DNA from: Bdellovibrio sp.
GTDB lineage: Bacteria; Bdellovibrionota; Bdellovibrionia; Bdellovibrionales; Bdellovibrionaceae
Assembly (NCBI GenBank): GCA_036677065.1
Contig: JAKFBS010000004.1
Coordinates: forward strand, 448,001 to 512,000
Direction of reading: 5' to 3'
DNA length: 64,000 nucleotides
Both the position numbers and the translations under genes were made by a program. Under the pieces are notes generated by a model. The model saw nothing but the letters and a program-made list of their open reading frames with translations. It did not search any database and was not told the origin of the DNA. Positions 31,386 to 40,993 of the stretch are shown here, piece by piece (the stretch's first letter is position 1; each line of letters begins with the position of its first letter).

Positions 31386-32278
31386 TCAGGCTCAACAGCA
31401 TTCAAAATATCTGAAGCTTCCCAGTGCGGAAGATCTTCTTTTAATCCCGCGAGTAAAGTTTCAAGATATGCTTCAGCTTCATCGCGGCGATTAGGGTCAG
31501 TTACACCATTTGCAGTTTCACGCCATTCTGGTGAAAGCGCTAAGCGGCTTCGTAAAGCAGTCGTGAATAAATCAATCCATGTCGGTGCAGTGAAAGTAAA
31601 ATTTAAAGCTAAGGCTTCACCTTGTGCTTCTGTTGAATGCCAATAACCGCGCGGAACAAAAAGCATTGATCCAGGTTTAAGTTCAATAGTTTGCGCAGAT
31701 TTTGGCATGCTAAATGGAAGCTCTTCATCTAAGTATCCAGCCATTTCGTCATCGGGTTTTGTACCCATCGTGTGACGGGTAAGCGGATTCGGCACATGCT
31801 CGTTCGGAGCCAACTTCCAAATTTTAGTGCCGTGAATTTGTAAAACAAAATTAATGTTTTGATCAAAGTGCGGGGCAGTGCCCTTGCCATCCGGAGTTGC
31901 GTAAATTAAACAGCGCGAATAAGTTTGCGACGACAAGCCTAAGTCTGCGCGAATTTTTTCGAGCCATTCCTGTAACAACGGCGAAAGACGGTGAGCTTCA
32001 TTAAAAAGTAATCCCATACCGTTGTGAAATAATTTTTTCGCATCTTTTGGGTTGGTGTCGATCGAGCTTGATTCATCACGCAGATCAGGTAAGTGCGCTT
32101 GAATCGAGTGCGGCCACGTGTTTAAAAGATTTTCTAACGACGCCAAAAAATCTAAACTGCGCAAAGCAGTTAATGCGTCTTTAGAGTGATGCACGACGAA
32201 CGGTTCATTTGCATCGTATTTCGCGAAAAAATCTTCTGTTGTTTGCGGGTGGATAATTGCGGCTAGACCTGATTTCAT
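31382..32278 (-). CDS. JmjC/cupin 2OG-Fe(II) oxygenase
   Basis: HFD...LQIHGTKIW...PGSMLFVPRGYWH (HxD...H triad). Confidence 0.9.
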   Translation of the reverse strand: MKSGLAAIIHPQTTEDFFAKYDANEPFVVHHSKDALTALRSLDFLASLENLLNTWPHSIQAHLPDLRDESSSIDTNPKDAKKLFHNGMGLLFNEAHRLSPLLQEWLEKIRADLGLSSQTYSRCLIYATPDGKGTAPHFDQNINFVLQIHGTKIWKLAPNEHVPNPLTRHTMGTKPDDEMAGYLDEELPFSMPKSAQTIELKPGSMLFVPRGYWHSTEAQGEALALNFTFTAPTWIDLFTTALRSRLALSPEWRETANGVTDPNRRDEAEAYLETLLAGLKEDLPHWEASDILNAVEPD

Positions 32279-33138
32279 AAATTTTTATTTTTCTTGGCTA
32301 AAAACCAACTAAAGATGGCTGCGGTTACAAACATGATAATACTATACATCGCTGCGGGCAGAGCTAGCGTAATAGATCCTAAAACTGACATCGCAATATA
32401 AATTGCCAGGGTGCCGTTGTGGATACCAACCTCCATCGAAATAGCGGTGGCTTCTTTGCGGTTAAGTTTTAAAAACAGAGGGATAAGAAAGCCGATAGCC
32501 ATGCTAGCCACATTAAAAATCAGAATCACTAAGCCTAATTCAGCAAAAGATTCGCTGAGCATTTTTTTCTCTTTTAAAATAGCACCGACAACGATGATGA
32601 TTAAAACCAACATCGAAAATATTCTAAATGGTTTATCAAGCTTCTGCGATAAATTAGGTTTTTTAGAATTAAGCCACATACCTAAGGCCACCGGTATCAA
32701 TACGATGAAAAAAACTTCAATCGTTTTGCTGAACTGAAAGCCAATGTTGACAGATTCATTACTGAAAAGTGTGCCGGCCAGTAAAATAAAAAGTGGTAAA
32801 GTAAACGCAGCCAAAACGCTATTGATGGCAGTTAAAGTTAAATTCAAAGCCACATCACCATGTGATAAATGCGAAAAAATATTTGCCGTTACGCCACCCG
32901 GGCTGGCCGCTAAAATCATAAGACCAATCGCCATCTCTGGCGAAAGGTTAAACCCCTTACATAAACCAATGGCTAAAACAGGTATTAAAATCATCTGGCA
33001 AAAAAGGCCAATCGAAATAGTTTTTGGGTATTTAAAAATTCTTTTAAAATCAGCTGGCGTTAGCGATAAGCCAAAACCGAACATGATGATTCCAAGAGAA
33101 ATTGGCAAAAGGGTGGTTGTGATAAATACCGTATTCAT
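32275..33138 (-). CDS. Bile acid:sodium symporter (BASS) family transporter
   Basis: MFGFGLSLT, PGG..AN, GDVAL, EVGIHNG. Confidence 0.92.
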   Translation of the reverse strand: MNTVFITTTLLPISLGIIMFGFGLSLTPADFKRIFKYPKTISIGLFCQMILIPVLAIGLCKGFNLSPEMAIGLMILAASPGGVTANIFSHLSHGDVALNLTLTAINSVLAAFTLPLFILLAGTLFSNESVNIGFQFSKTIEVFFIVLIPVALGMWLNSKKPNLSQKLDKPFRIFSMLVLIIIVVGAILKEKKMLSESFAELGLVILIFNVASMAIGFLIPLFLKLNRKEATAISMEVGIHNGTLAIYIAMSVLGSITLALPAAMYSIIMFVTAAIFSWFLAKKNKNL

Positions 33139-33257
33139 TTGTAGTTCTCCTGTCGTTTACATTAAGTCTAGTGTAAGAATATTTCTGGGTCAAAGCCATC
33201 TCCATCACCCTCAGGGATTAGGGGTTGTATTAGCTAGGTATAAGCCTACCGTTGGTC

Positions 33258-33620
33258 ATGACTAATCTTTCGACTCCGCATCCTTGTTTATCGTGCGGCG
33301 CCTGTTGCGCGTTTTTTCGCGTGTCTTTTCATTGGACTGAAACCGCAAGCGAAAGCCACGGAGTGCCCATTGCTATGACTAAGCAGATTTCTCAGTATGT
33401 GAATGCGATGAATGGCACTGATCAGGAAAAACCAAGTTGTGTAGCGTTGGTCGGTGTCGTCGGAAAATCCACTTCATGCAGTATCTATGAAAATCGCCCT
33501 GATTGTTGTCGCATTTTTAAAGCCAGTTTCGAAGACGGCTCTAGAAATGAAGACTGTGAAAAAGCCAGGCTCAGTAAAGGTTTAAAAGTGCTGCAGACAT
33601 CTGATTGGTCTGCAGTGTAA
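33258..33620 (+). CDS. YkgJ family cysteine-cluster protein
   Basis: CLSCGACC...C..L...CSIYENRPDCCR. Confidence 0.9.
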   Translation: MTNLSTPHPCLSCGACCAFFRVSFHWTETASESHGVPIAMTKQISQYVNAMNGTDQEKPSCVALVGVVGKSTSCSIYENRPDCCRIFKASFEDGSRNEDCEKARLSKGLKVLQTSDWSAV

Positions 33621-33688
33621 AAAACTTTGACGAAAACGCCCGAACAAAAGTCTCACATTTTTTAAATTACTGCTAAAATTAAAGGTGT

Positions 33689-34534
33689 ATGTTGCAAGAA
33701 ACATGGAATACGTTTTCTAGCCAAATTGTACAAAAGATCAATGGATTGCTTGATCAGGCCCAGCCTACGCAGCTGAAGGCCTTTCATATTTATAAAATGT
33801 GTCAGGCTGAAAACTTATGGGATAAATCTTATTCTGAGTTTTCATTTTTACTTGAAGGTTTTTTTCATACACACCCGGCCGAGCGCAGTAAAAGTCAGAT
33901 GGATCAGTTTCTTAACCGGCCGATGGATTGGCGCAGTTTTGAATCTATACATCTGACCTTTCGTACCGCTGAAATTAATCCTAGTGAAATTCGTGATATC
34001 GCCAGTTGGGCGCATCACATGTTACGACTGCATTACGAAAAAACATCGCCCATTTCTAGTGTCGACACCTTAAGTAAAACTATTTTTGATCTGACTCATC
34101 CGCAATTGGGCGAAAAAGATCAAAATATTGATTTCGAAGATTTTTGCGATGCGTGGAAGGATGCGGTCGATAAACTTTACGGCAAACAGTATGAAGCCGA
34201 ACATCAGTCAGTGCTTTCTGATTTACGAAATTTAAATCACATGCTTGAAACCCAGGTTCTTGAACTGCCAAGGTTGAATCGAATTTATCTTACCCAAACC
34301 GAGATCACCTGGGTTGAGCGCTCACTGGAAGCTGTCGTCGAACGACGCAAAATGCCACGCTATCCGCTAACTAAGGGGCCCGAAAAATCGCGTCTTGTTG
34401 ATTTGTTGAAGTGGCTGACACTATGGGAAATATCTAAAGACGCCAAAGCCCAGAACGTGCAGGCTAAAGTCGAAAAGCTGCGCATTTATATTCAAAAAGA
34501 ATGCGACGATCTGCTAGCAACTTGCCGCAGATAG
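33689..34534 (+). CDS. Hypothetical protein (helical)
   Basis: 281-aa ORF filling the gap; no motif recognised. Confidence 0.7.
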   Translation: MLQETWNTFSSQIVQKINGLLDQAQPTQLKAFHIYKMCQAENLWDKSYSEFSFLLEGFFHTHPAERSKSQMDQFLNRPMDWRSFESIHLTFRTAEINPSEIRDIASWAHHMLRLHYEKTSPISSVDTLSKTIFDLTHPQLGEKDQNIDFEDFCDAWKDAVDKLYGKQYEAEHQSVLSDLRNLNHMLETQVLELPRLNRIYLTQTEITWVERSLEAVVERRKMPRYPLTKGPEKSRLVDLLKWLTLWEISKDAKAQNVQAKVEKLRIYIQKECDDLLATCRR

Positions 34535-34563
34535 TGCTATCACAGCTGCATCATTAGGGGGCT

Positions 34564-35316
34564 GTGATGGTTTTACTATTAGTTTCGATATTAGCGTTAG
34601 CGGCGTGTTCGCCGGCAAATAATTTTAATATATCAAATGCAGTGACTGACTCAGCAACTATCGTCAACGGTAAGGCTGTGGTCGCAACTGATCTATATGC
34701 GCGCCATACGGTAGCGATAGCACCCGAAAATAATACTCCATGTACGGGCGTCATCATTGCGCCTCATTTTATTTTATCGGCGGCTCACTGTGCTGATTAT
34801 TTTTCGAAAGGTCATGTTTATTTTGGGCTGGTTTCGAAAGTTGGTAAAGCTATCACCTATAAAGTTAAAAACGTAACACCGCACCCGAACTACTGTGGCT
34901 CATGTTTTTTTGGAGATACTGAGCCTGCAGACTTTAAAGATTACGCGATTGTGGAATTTGAAGAAGATCTGCCTCAAGGATTTAAACCAGTGCAGATCGC
35001 TAGTTTAAAGCAAATTAAAAAAGGCACGACAATTCATCTTGCTGGTTATGGTTTAGATGAAAAGTATGAATACGATGGTATCTTAAAAGCGACGCGTGCA
35101 CCGGTAACAGCTGTTGGTAAGTATGAATTTATGACTGATGAAACAAAAAATGGTTCATGCCGAGGCGACTCAGGTGGACCAGCCTATGTTATGGAAGATG
35201 GTAAAATCTATTTAGCTGGTATCACCAGTCGTGGCGATGCGCTTTGCCGCAATTACGGCATGTATGGCATCCCTGCGGTCGAAATCAACTGGATTAATTC
35301 AGTCATCAATAAGTAA
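34564..35316 (+). CDS. S1 (trypsin-fold) serine protease, lipoprotein
   Basis: LAAC lipobox; SAAHC, DYA, GDSGGP. Confidence 0.92.
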   Translation: MMVLLLVSILALAACSPANNFNISNAVTDSATIVNGKAVVATDLYARHTVAIAPENNTPCTGVIIAPHFILSAAHCADYFSKGHVYFGLVSKVGKAITYKVKNVTPHPNYCGSCFFGDTEPADFKDYAIVEFEEDLPQGFKPVQIASLKQIKKGTTIHLAGYGLDEKYEYDGILKATRAPVTAVGKYEFMTDETKNGSCRGDSGGPAYVMEDGKIYLAGITSRGDALCRNYGMYGIPAVEINWINSVINK

Positions 35317-35329
35317 GATATAAACCAGC

Positions 35330-36217
35330 TTAGCGCAGAAAAAATGTATTCATAAGCTTTGCCGCAACTGGATTTTCAATTTTTCTTTGCGCAGAGCTTA
35401 GCCAAACTTCTTCGTAAACACCTTTAAGCCGCCCTAGGCGAATCAGATTTTCTTCGTGCGGGGCTCCTACTTCTGAAAATGGAGCAAGGCCAATGCCATC
35501 AGACGCCAGTAACTTCTGCAGGCTCGTATCTTGCGTTTCTGCGACCGGGATAACGTGAATATTCTGCAGCTTAAAATAGTGATTAAGATCATGACGAAGT
35601 TTACTATGTGCCGTGGGTAGGACAAATGGTTTTCCTTTTAAAGACTGTGGAAATGATTTTTTGACCGACTTAAATTTTTTTGATCCAAAAATTGAAACCG
35701 GAAGCTGGGCAACAGATTTAGAAAACACCTGCCGTTGTTCGAGTGCTGGCGGGTAGTTGGATAAAATAAGATCAATTCGATGAGCATACAGTTCGCGAAA
35801 AAGTTCATCGCCTTTGCCTTCAAGAATGGATACGGTACATGTCGGCGAGATCTGATAACATTCTTTCACTAAAGAAAGAATTACGCTTTTAGGTACACTA
35901 TCCAAGGCGCCGATTTGAACATGCGTCTGGTTATTTAAATTTTTATCCTGAAGAACTTCGAGCATTTCATCTCCCAGGCGAAATATTTCATTGGCGTAAT
36001 CTAAAGCGGATTTACCAGCCTCAGTTAAAACCATTTTTCGATTTCTGCGTTCAAATAAAGGTTTACCCACCATTTCTTCAAGTTGTTTTAGTTGCGAACT
36101 TAAAGTGGGCTGTCCCAAGCGCAGTTTTTCGGCGGCCTTGGCGATTCCGCCTTCGGTCGCAATCGTGCGAAAATAATTGAGGTGGTGATAGTTAAGCCAA
36201 TGCATTGGATGATCCAT
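35330..36217 (-). CDS. LysR family regulator (NhaR-like)
   Basis: WLNYHHL.YF..IA.EG, QPTLSSQLKQLE HTH; divergent from the TerC operon. Confidence 0.9.
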   Translation of the reverse strand: MDHPMHWLNYHHLNYFRTIATEGGIAKAAEKLRLGQPTLSSQLKQLEEMVGKPLFERRNRKMVLTEAGKSALDYANEIFRLGDEMLEVLQDKNLNNQTHVQIGALDSVPKSVILSLVKECYQISPTCTVSILEGKGDELFRELYAHRIDLILSNYPPALEQRQVFSKSVAQLPVSIFGSKKFKSVKKSFPQSLKGKPFVLPTAHSKLRHDLNHYFKLQNIHVIPVAETQDTSLQKLLASDGIGLAPFSEVGAPHEENLIRLGRLKGVYEEVWLSSAQRKIENPVAAKLMNTFFLR

Positions 36218-36330
36218 TTTGTGGGCCTTTTTAATAGTTTGCTTAAAGCGAATGATTTGATTGTATTTATCGTATTTTAGAAAGTATGCGTCAAGGCTAT
36301 ACTTAAGAAATATTCACACAGGAGGATTAA

Positions 36331-36567
36331 ATGAAATGTCCAACTTGCCCAGATGCAACTTTACTAATGAGCACACGCCAAGAAATTGAAATCGACTATT
36401 GCCCCCAGTGTCGTGGCGTATGGCTTGATCGCGGAGAACTTGATAAAATCATAGAACGCTCTGTAGCCCCAGCGGCAAATAATCATTATAAGCCCTCAGA
36501 CGATGATCATAAAAAAGATCAGTACTATAAAAGAAAAAAATCATTTCTTTCAGAAATTTTTGATTAA
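36331..36567 (+). CDS. zf-TFIIB zinc-ribbon protein
   Basis: MKCPTC...EIDYCPQCRGVWLDRGELDKII...SFLSEIFD. Confidence 0.9.
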   Translation: MKCPTCPDATLLMSTRQEIEIDYCPQCRGVWLDRGELDKIIERSVAPAANNHYKPSDDDHKKDQYYKRKKSFLSEIFD

Positions 36568-36569
36568 GC

Positions 36570-37517
36570 ATGGGTGATTTAGCTTCAAGTATATCAATAG
36601 CCCCTCCCTGGTTATGGATTACCTTCTGTGTCGGTATTTTTGTACTGCTATTAATTGATTTAAGTCTTTTCGGAAAAGCTGGGCATAAAGTGTCTCGTAA
36701 ATCTGCACTGATCGAAAGTGGCCTGTGGATCAGCGTAGCTTTAATTTTTAACCTCTGGTTCGGCTATGCTTTCGGAAAAGAATTAGGTTTAGAGTTTTTG
36801 ACAGGTTACTTAGTCGAAAAAAGTCTGAGCGTAGATAACTTATTTGTTATTATTTTGATTTTCAGTGCTTTTAAAATACCCGAGCAGCATCAGCACCGAG
36901 TTCTGTTCTTCGGTGTATTAGGAGCCATAGTTTTGCGAGCTTTTTTTATTATCATCGGCGCGCAACTGCTGCATCATTTTCACTGGATTCTTTATGTCTT
37001 CGGCGCAGTTTTAATTTTCACAGCCGTCAAGATTTTACGCGAAGTCGAAGAAACACAGGATGTTAAGGATAACTGGACAATTCGTGTTATTAAACGTTTT
37101 ATTCCCACAACGAAAAGCTATGAAGGAAATCATTTTTTTTTGCGAGAAGATGGAGTTCGCAAAGCGACGCCATTGTTTCTTGCGCTGGTCGTGATTGAAG
37201 TCACAGATCTTGTTTTTGCAGTAGATTCGATTCCGGCCGTGTTTGCTGTGACGCAAGATGCGTTTGTCGCTTTCGCTTCAAATATTTTGGCTATCTTAGG
37301 ATTACGTGCCCTTTATTTTGTTCTGGCCGATTGGGTAGGAAAGCTGCGCTATCTTAAACCTGGTTTAGCCGCAGTTTTGGGATTTATCGGTGTGAAAATG
37401 CTTTTGCTTGAAGTGTACAAAATTCCAAGTTCAGTTTCGTTACTGGTTATTTTTTCGATTCTTCTGACAGCAGCTTTAAGCTCTTGGTATGTGGCTAGTG
37501 TAGAGAAGCGAAAATGA
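36570..37517 (+). CDS. TerC/Alx family metal homeostasis membrane protein
   Basis: EKSLSVDNLFV, DLVFAVDSIPA, SNILAILGLR. Confidence 0.93.
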   Translation: MGDLASSISIAPPWLWITFCVGIFVLLLIDLSLFGKAGHKVSRKSALIESGLWISVALIFNLWFGYAFGKELGLEFLTGYLVEKSLSVDNLFVIILIFSAFKIPEQHQHRVLFFGVLGAIVLRAFFIIIGAQLLHHFHWILYVFGAVLIFTAVKILREVEETQDVKDNWTIRVIKRFIPTTKSYEGNHFFLREDGVRKATPLFLALVVIEVTDLVFAVDSIPAVFAVTQDAFVAFASNILAILGLRALYFVLADWVGKLRYLKPGLAAVLGFIGVKMLLLEVYKIPSSVSLLVIFSILLTAALSSWYVASVEKRK

Positions 37518-37592
37518 TGGATTAAAGGGTTGTCTTATTATTAAATTACTTGCTAGGCTTTACTAGTCAGTAATTTTAGAAAAGGATGTCTT

Positions 37593-37871
37593 ATGAAAAA
37601 TATTTTATTAACTGCGGTATTGCTTTTAATTTCTTCGGTTTCAATGGCGACTCAGGTGCGCGCTACAGCAAAATATTACACAAATCCAAACAACAAAACG
37701 GTTAAGTCGGCTTGTCTTATGGCTTCAGAAGCCGCAACACTTTCTTTGAAAGCAAAGTGCGAACTATTAGATGAAGCTGTTGGTGCATACGCTAACGTAA
37801 CCGTAGAGCCTATGCTTATTGACGAGCAAGATGCTTTTTGCGTAGCTGTTGCTGAAACAAATTGTAAGTAG
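37593..37871 (+). CDS. Small secreted Cys-containing protein
   Basis: Signal peptide, four Cys, AAGGA SD. Confidence 0.7.
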   Translation: MKNILLTAVLLLISSVSMATQVRATAKYYTNPNNKTVKSACLMASEAATLSLKAKCELLDEAVGAYANVTVEPMLIDEQDAFCVAVAETNCK

Positions 37872-37879
37872 GAGATGTT

Positions 37880-38122
37880 ATGTCTGAAGATATGAAAGCT
37901 GAATTAGAAAGACTAAGAGCTGAAAACGAAGCTCTAAAAAATAAAAAATCTGGTGGAGCACTTTCTATGAAGGTCAGTGAAAAGGGCGCTTTGTCAGTTT
38001 ATGGCATGGGCCGTTTTCCGGTAACTCTTTATAAAGAGCAATGGTTAAAACTATTAGGAATTGCTGATGAGCTTAAAACTTTTATTAGCGAAAACGATAG
38101 CCGTTTAAAAAACAAAGAATAG
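37880..38122 (+). CDS. Small conserved-type protein (coiled coil plus PC4-like C-terminus)
   Basis: GGAG SD; KVSEKGALSVYGMGRFPVTLYKEQW. Confidence 0.8.
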   Translation: MSEDMKAELERLRAENEALKNKKSGGALSMKVSEKGALSVYGMGRFPVTLYKEQWLKLLGIADELKTFISENDSRLKNKE

Positions 38123-38144
38123 ATAGCAAATACAAATCCTGCGA

Positions 38145-40859
38145 TTAAAAATTCGTGTAATGTGAAATCGTGCGTAGCAAGATGCTGCGGTCGATGGGTT
38201 TTGTCACATGATCGTTAAAACCATATTGTTGAGTTTTTTCGCGCTCTTCTTTCATCGCATGCGCGGTGAGTGCGATGATGGGTACAGAATATTTTTTTTC
38301 GCGTAATAGCTTAGTGGCTTCGTACCCATCCATAACCGGCATTTGTAAATCCATCAGAACAATGTCGTATTTATTTTCTAACGCTTTTTTTATACCCTCT
38401 TGGCCGTTCTTGGCCAGATCTGCTGTTACACCGGCTAAATTTAGAATGTGTTGAATCAGTTCAAGGTTGTCATCGCTATCATCAACTAATAAAGCATGTA
38501 CACCGGTCAGATCAGAAACTTGATCTTTTATCTGTTGTGACATCGCAACGGCTGCTTTTGGTGCAAGTTGATCTGAAGCTTTCATTGTGGTTTCACCCTG
38601 ATTGATGGTAATCACGAAGGTGCTGCCGAAACCGAGGGTGCTTGATTCTAAAACCACATCTCCGCCTAAGGCTTTAGCCAGTTTTTTTGACAACACCAAA
38701 CCTAATCCGGTGCCGCCAAATTTTCGCGTTGTTGTGGCGTCAGCTTGGGTGAACGGTGAAAATAATTTGTTCGCTTGGTCTTGTGAGATTCCGGTTCCGG
38801 TGTCTTGAACAGAAAATAAAATTTGCTGTAAGTTTTCAGGGTTTCTTTTAACTTTAATTTTAATAAAACCTTTGTCGGTAAACTTAATCGCATTACCCAC
38901 GATATTAAAAAGAATCTGGCGCAGGCGGGTGGGGTCGGTTTTAATAGCGACAGGTAAATTTTTTTCGGGCTCCAGATAAAGTTCTAAACCTTTGCCGCTG
39001 GCTTCTAAATTTAAAAACTGAGATACATCATTTAAAAGATCATTTAAACGCACATCGATTTTTTCGATTTGTAATTTACCGGCTTCTACTTTTGAAAGAT
39101 CTAAAATGTCATTAATGATGGTCGATAACAGTTTGCCATTTCTTTTAATAATGCCAATCATGTTTTCTTTTTCAGAGGCTTTGGTTTTTGGGTCGGTCAG
39201 AAGCTCAGAAAACCCGATAATAGCACCAAGGGGTGTGCGAATTTCGTGGCTCATATTTGCAAGAAAAGCACTTTTAGTTTCGTTGGCGACTTCAGCTTCT
39301 TGTTTAGCGTTCTTGAGAGCTTCTTCGATTTCTTTGTATTTTTTGACATCAGTGGCAACTAAGATAAATCCTTTAACTTCTTCGGTGCCATCAAATTCAG
39401 GAAGAAAGTTAATGTTTAAAATCGTGTCTGTATCTGGATCTGCTTTAGATCTTGATTTTCGTTCATAGGCCAGAGTTTCACCTTTTAAAGCCCGATCAAT
39501 AAAAAATTTATTTGCCGGATACCGTTCTGGGCCCAGCACTTCAGCGAACGAATATTTTTTAATATCTTCTTGGTTAATGCCGAACCACTGGCAAAAAGAA
39601 CTGTTGGCAAATAGAATATTTTCGTCTTTATCAAGTCGCGCCAGCAGTTGCGGTACGGCGTTAGTGATAATTCTTAATTGTCTTTCACTTTGCTGTACGG
39701 CCAGTGTTCTTTCTTGTACCCGTAGCTCTAGTTCTTCACTTAAATTTTTCATGCGCGTAACATCACGCACGACTTTTGAAAAGCCCGTGATTTTATTATT
39801 TTTATCGAATAGTGGATCAATCACAATATTAGCCCAGAAGTGCACGCCATCTTTACGCCGGCGAATAGTTTCAGCCTCGAAGTGGCCTGTTTCGGCGGCC
39901 AGAGCAAGCTCTAGCTCAAGCGTGTCTTCGGGTAAATTGGCTGGGTATAAAATTGAAATGTGTTTTCCGATAGCTTCTTTATCTGTGTAACCGGTAATCT
40001 TTTGCGCGCCTGAATTCCAAGTGGTGATAAAACCTTTTTCGTCGATAATAAAAATGGCATAATCTTTAACAGCTTCTACGAGAAAGCGGTACTTTTCTTC
40101 ACTGCGCAGTTCGCCATCGCGAATTATTCGCTGGGTGATTGTGCCGACTAAGGCTAAGCCTAAAATAAAAAATGTGGCTACGATTGTTGTAAATATCAGT
40201 CCCCGAGTCACTAAGATATGCGCATCTTGAAAGTTAGAGGCGGATTCAGTATGAATAAAAGTTGCTGCAAGCATGCCGACATAATGCATTCCCGCGATGG
40301 CGCTACCCATAAGAACACTCGCCATCAATAATAATTTATAACGATATTGTTGTTCGCGTAGCTGAATCGAAACTGTTAAAGCGGCGTAAGATGCAACTAA
40401 AGCAATGATAAAAGATGTTAAAACTAACAACTTGTCCCATTCAATATGCGCCTGCATTCGCATCGAAAACATACCGATGTAATGCATTCCACAAATGGCA
40501 ACAGCCATGGCAAAGCCACCGTATAATACCAAAGCCTTGGTCACGCGTGACCGACTTATAATAAATAAAGCTAAAAGGCTTCCACCGATGGCGACCACCA
40601 CAGACAGAATCATTAATGGCACATTGTAGGCCATTTCCATGCCGGGCATTTTAAAAGCGAGCATACCGATAAAGTGCATACTCCAGATACCAAAGCCCAT
40701 GGCTAATGATCCGAAGCCTAACCATGCTAATTTAGTTTTTCCCTGCGTTTGTGTGACCGGATAGGCTAAGCTTAAAGCGACGTAAGCGGCAAAGATCGCC
40801 ACCAATACAGATAATAAAATTAGCCCGGGATCGTAGGCTACTTGAATTACGTGATTCAT
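38145..40859 (-). CDS. Hybrid histidine kinase (MHYT-PAS-PAS-HisKA-HATPase-REC)
   Basis: MHFIGM/MHYIGM/MHYVGM repeats; SHEIRTP H-box; NAIKF; GGTGLGL; receiver MDLQMP. Confidence 0.95.
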   Translation of the reverse strand: MNHVIQVAYDPGLILLSVLVAIFAAYVALSLAYPVTQTQGKTKLAWLGFGSLAMGFGIWSMHFIGMLAFKMPGMEMAYNVPLMILSVVVAIGGSLLALFIISRSRVTKALVLYGGFAMAVAICGMHYIGMFSMRMQAHIEWDKLLVLTSFIIALVASYAALTVSIQLREQQYRYKLLLMASVLMGSAIAGMHYVGMLAATFIHTESASNFQDAHILVTRGLIFTTIVATFFILGLALVGTITQRIIRDGELRSEEKYRFLVEAVKDYAIFIIDEKGFITTWNSGAQKITGYTDKEAIGKHISILYPANLPEDTLELELALAAETGHFEAETIRRRKDGVHFWANIVIDPLFDKNNKITGFSKVVRDVTRMKNLSEELELRVQERTLAVQQSERQLRIITNAVPQLLARLDKDENILFANSSFCQWFGINQEDIKKYSFAEVLGPERYPANKFFIDRALKGETLAYERKSRSKADPDTDTILNINFLPEFDGTEEVKGFILVATDVKKYKEIEEALKNAKQEAEVANETKSAFLANMSHEIRTPLGAIIGFSELLTDPKTKASEKENMIGIIKRNGKLLSTIINDILDLSKVEAGKLQIEKIDVRLNDLLNDVSQFLNLEASGKGLELYLEPEKNLPVAIKTDPTRLRQILFNIVGNAIKFTDKGFIKIKVKRNPENLQQILFSVQDTGTGISQDQANKLFSPFTQADATTTRKFGGTGLGLVLSKKLAKALGGDVVLESSTLGFGSTFVITINQGETTMKASDQLAPKAAVAMSQQIKDQVSDLTGVHALLVDDSDDNLELIQHILNLAGVTADLAKNGQEGIKKALENKYDIVLMDLQMPVMDGYEATKLLREKKYSVPIIALTAHAMKEEREKTQQYGFNDHVTKPIDRSILLRTISHYTNF

Positions 40860-40993
40860 ATTTAAAAAATATCATGAATAGTCGCAAAGGTTTCGCAAAA
40901 AATCGCGATGGGGTAAATTGGGATAATGCCACCAGTCGGGTTGGCACTTTAATTGTAACATCTTGGCAAACACACTGTTTCCGGGGGGAATAC

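Noticed and set aside
32411..33265. Long plus-strand ORFs (108 and 173 aa)
   Set aside because: Antisense shadows of the BASS transporter; no SD or recognisable motifs.
25388..37565. TAGGCTTTACTA shared by two intergenic hairpins (25388 and 37554)
   Set aside because: Opposite orientation relative to the downstream genes; the second copy is explained as a TAGGCT -10 box; only two copies.
38266..39990. Several plus-strand ORFs of 62-137 aa
   Set aside because: Antisense to the hybrid histidine kinase; typical codon-bias shadows.
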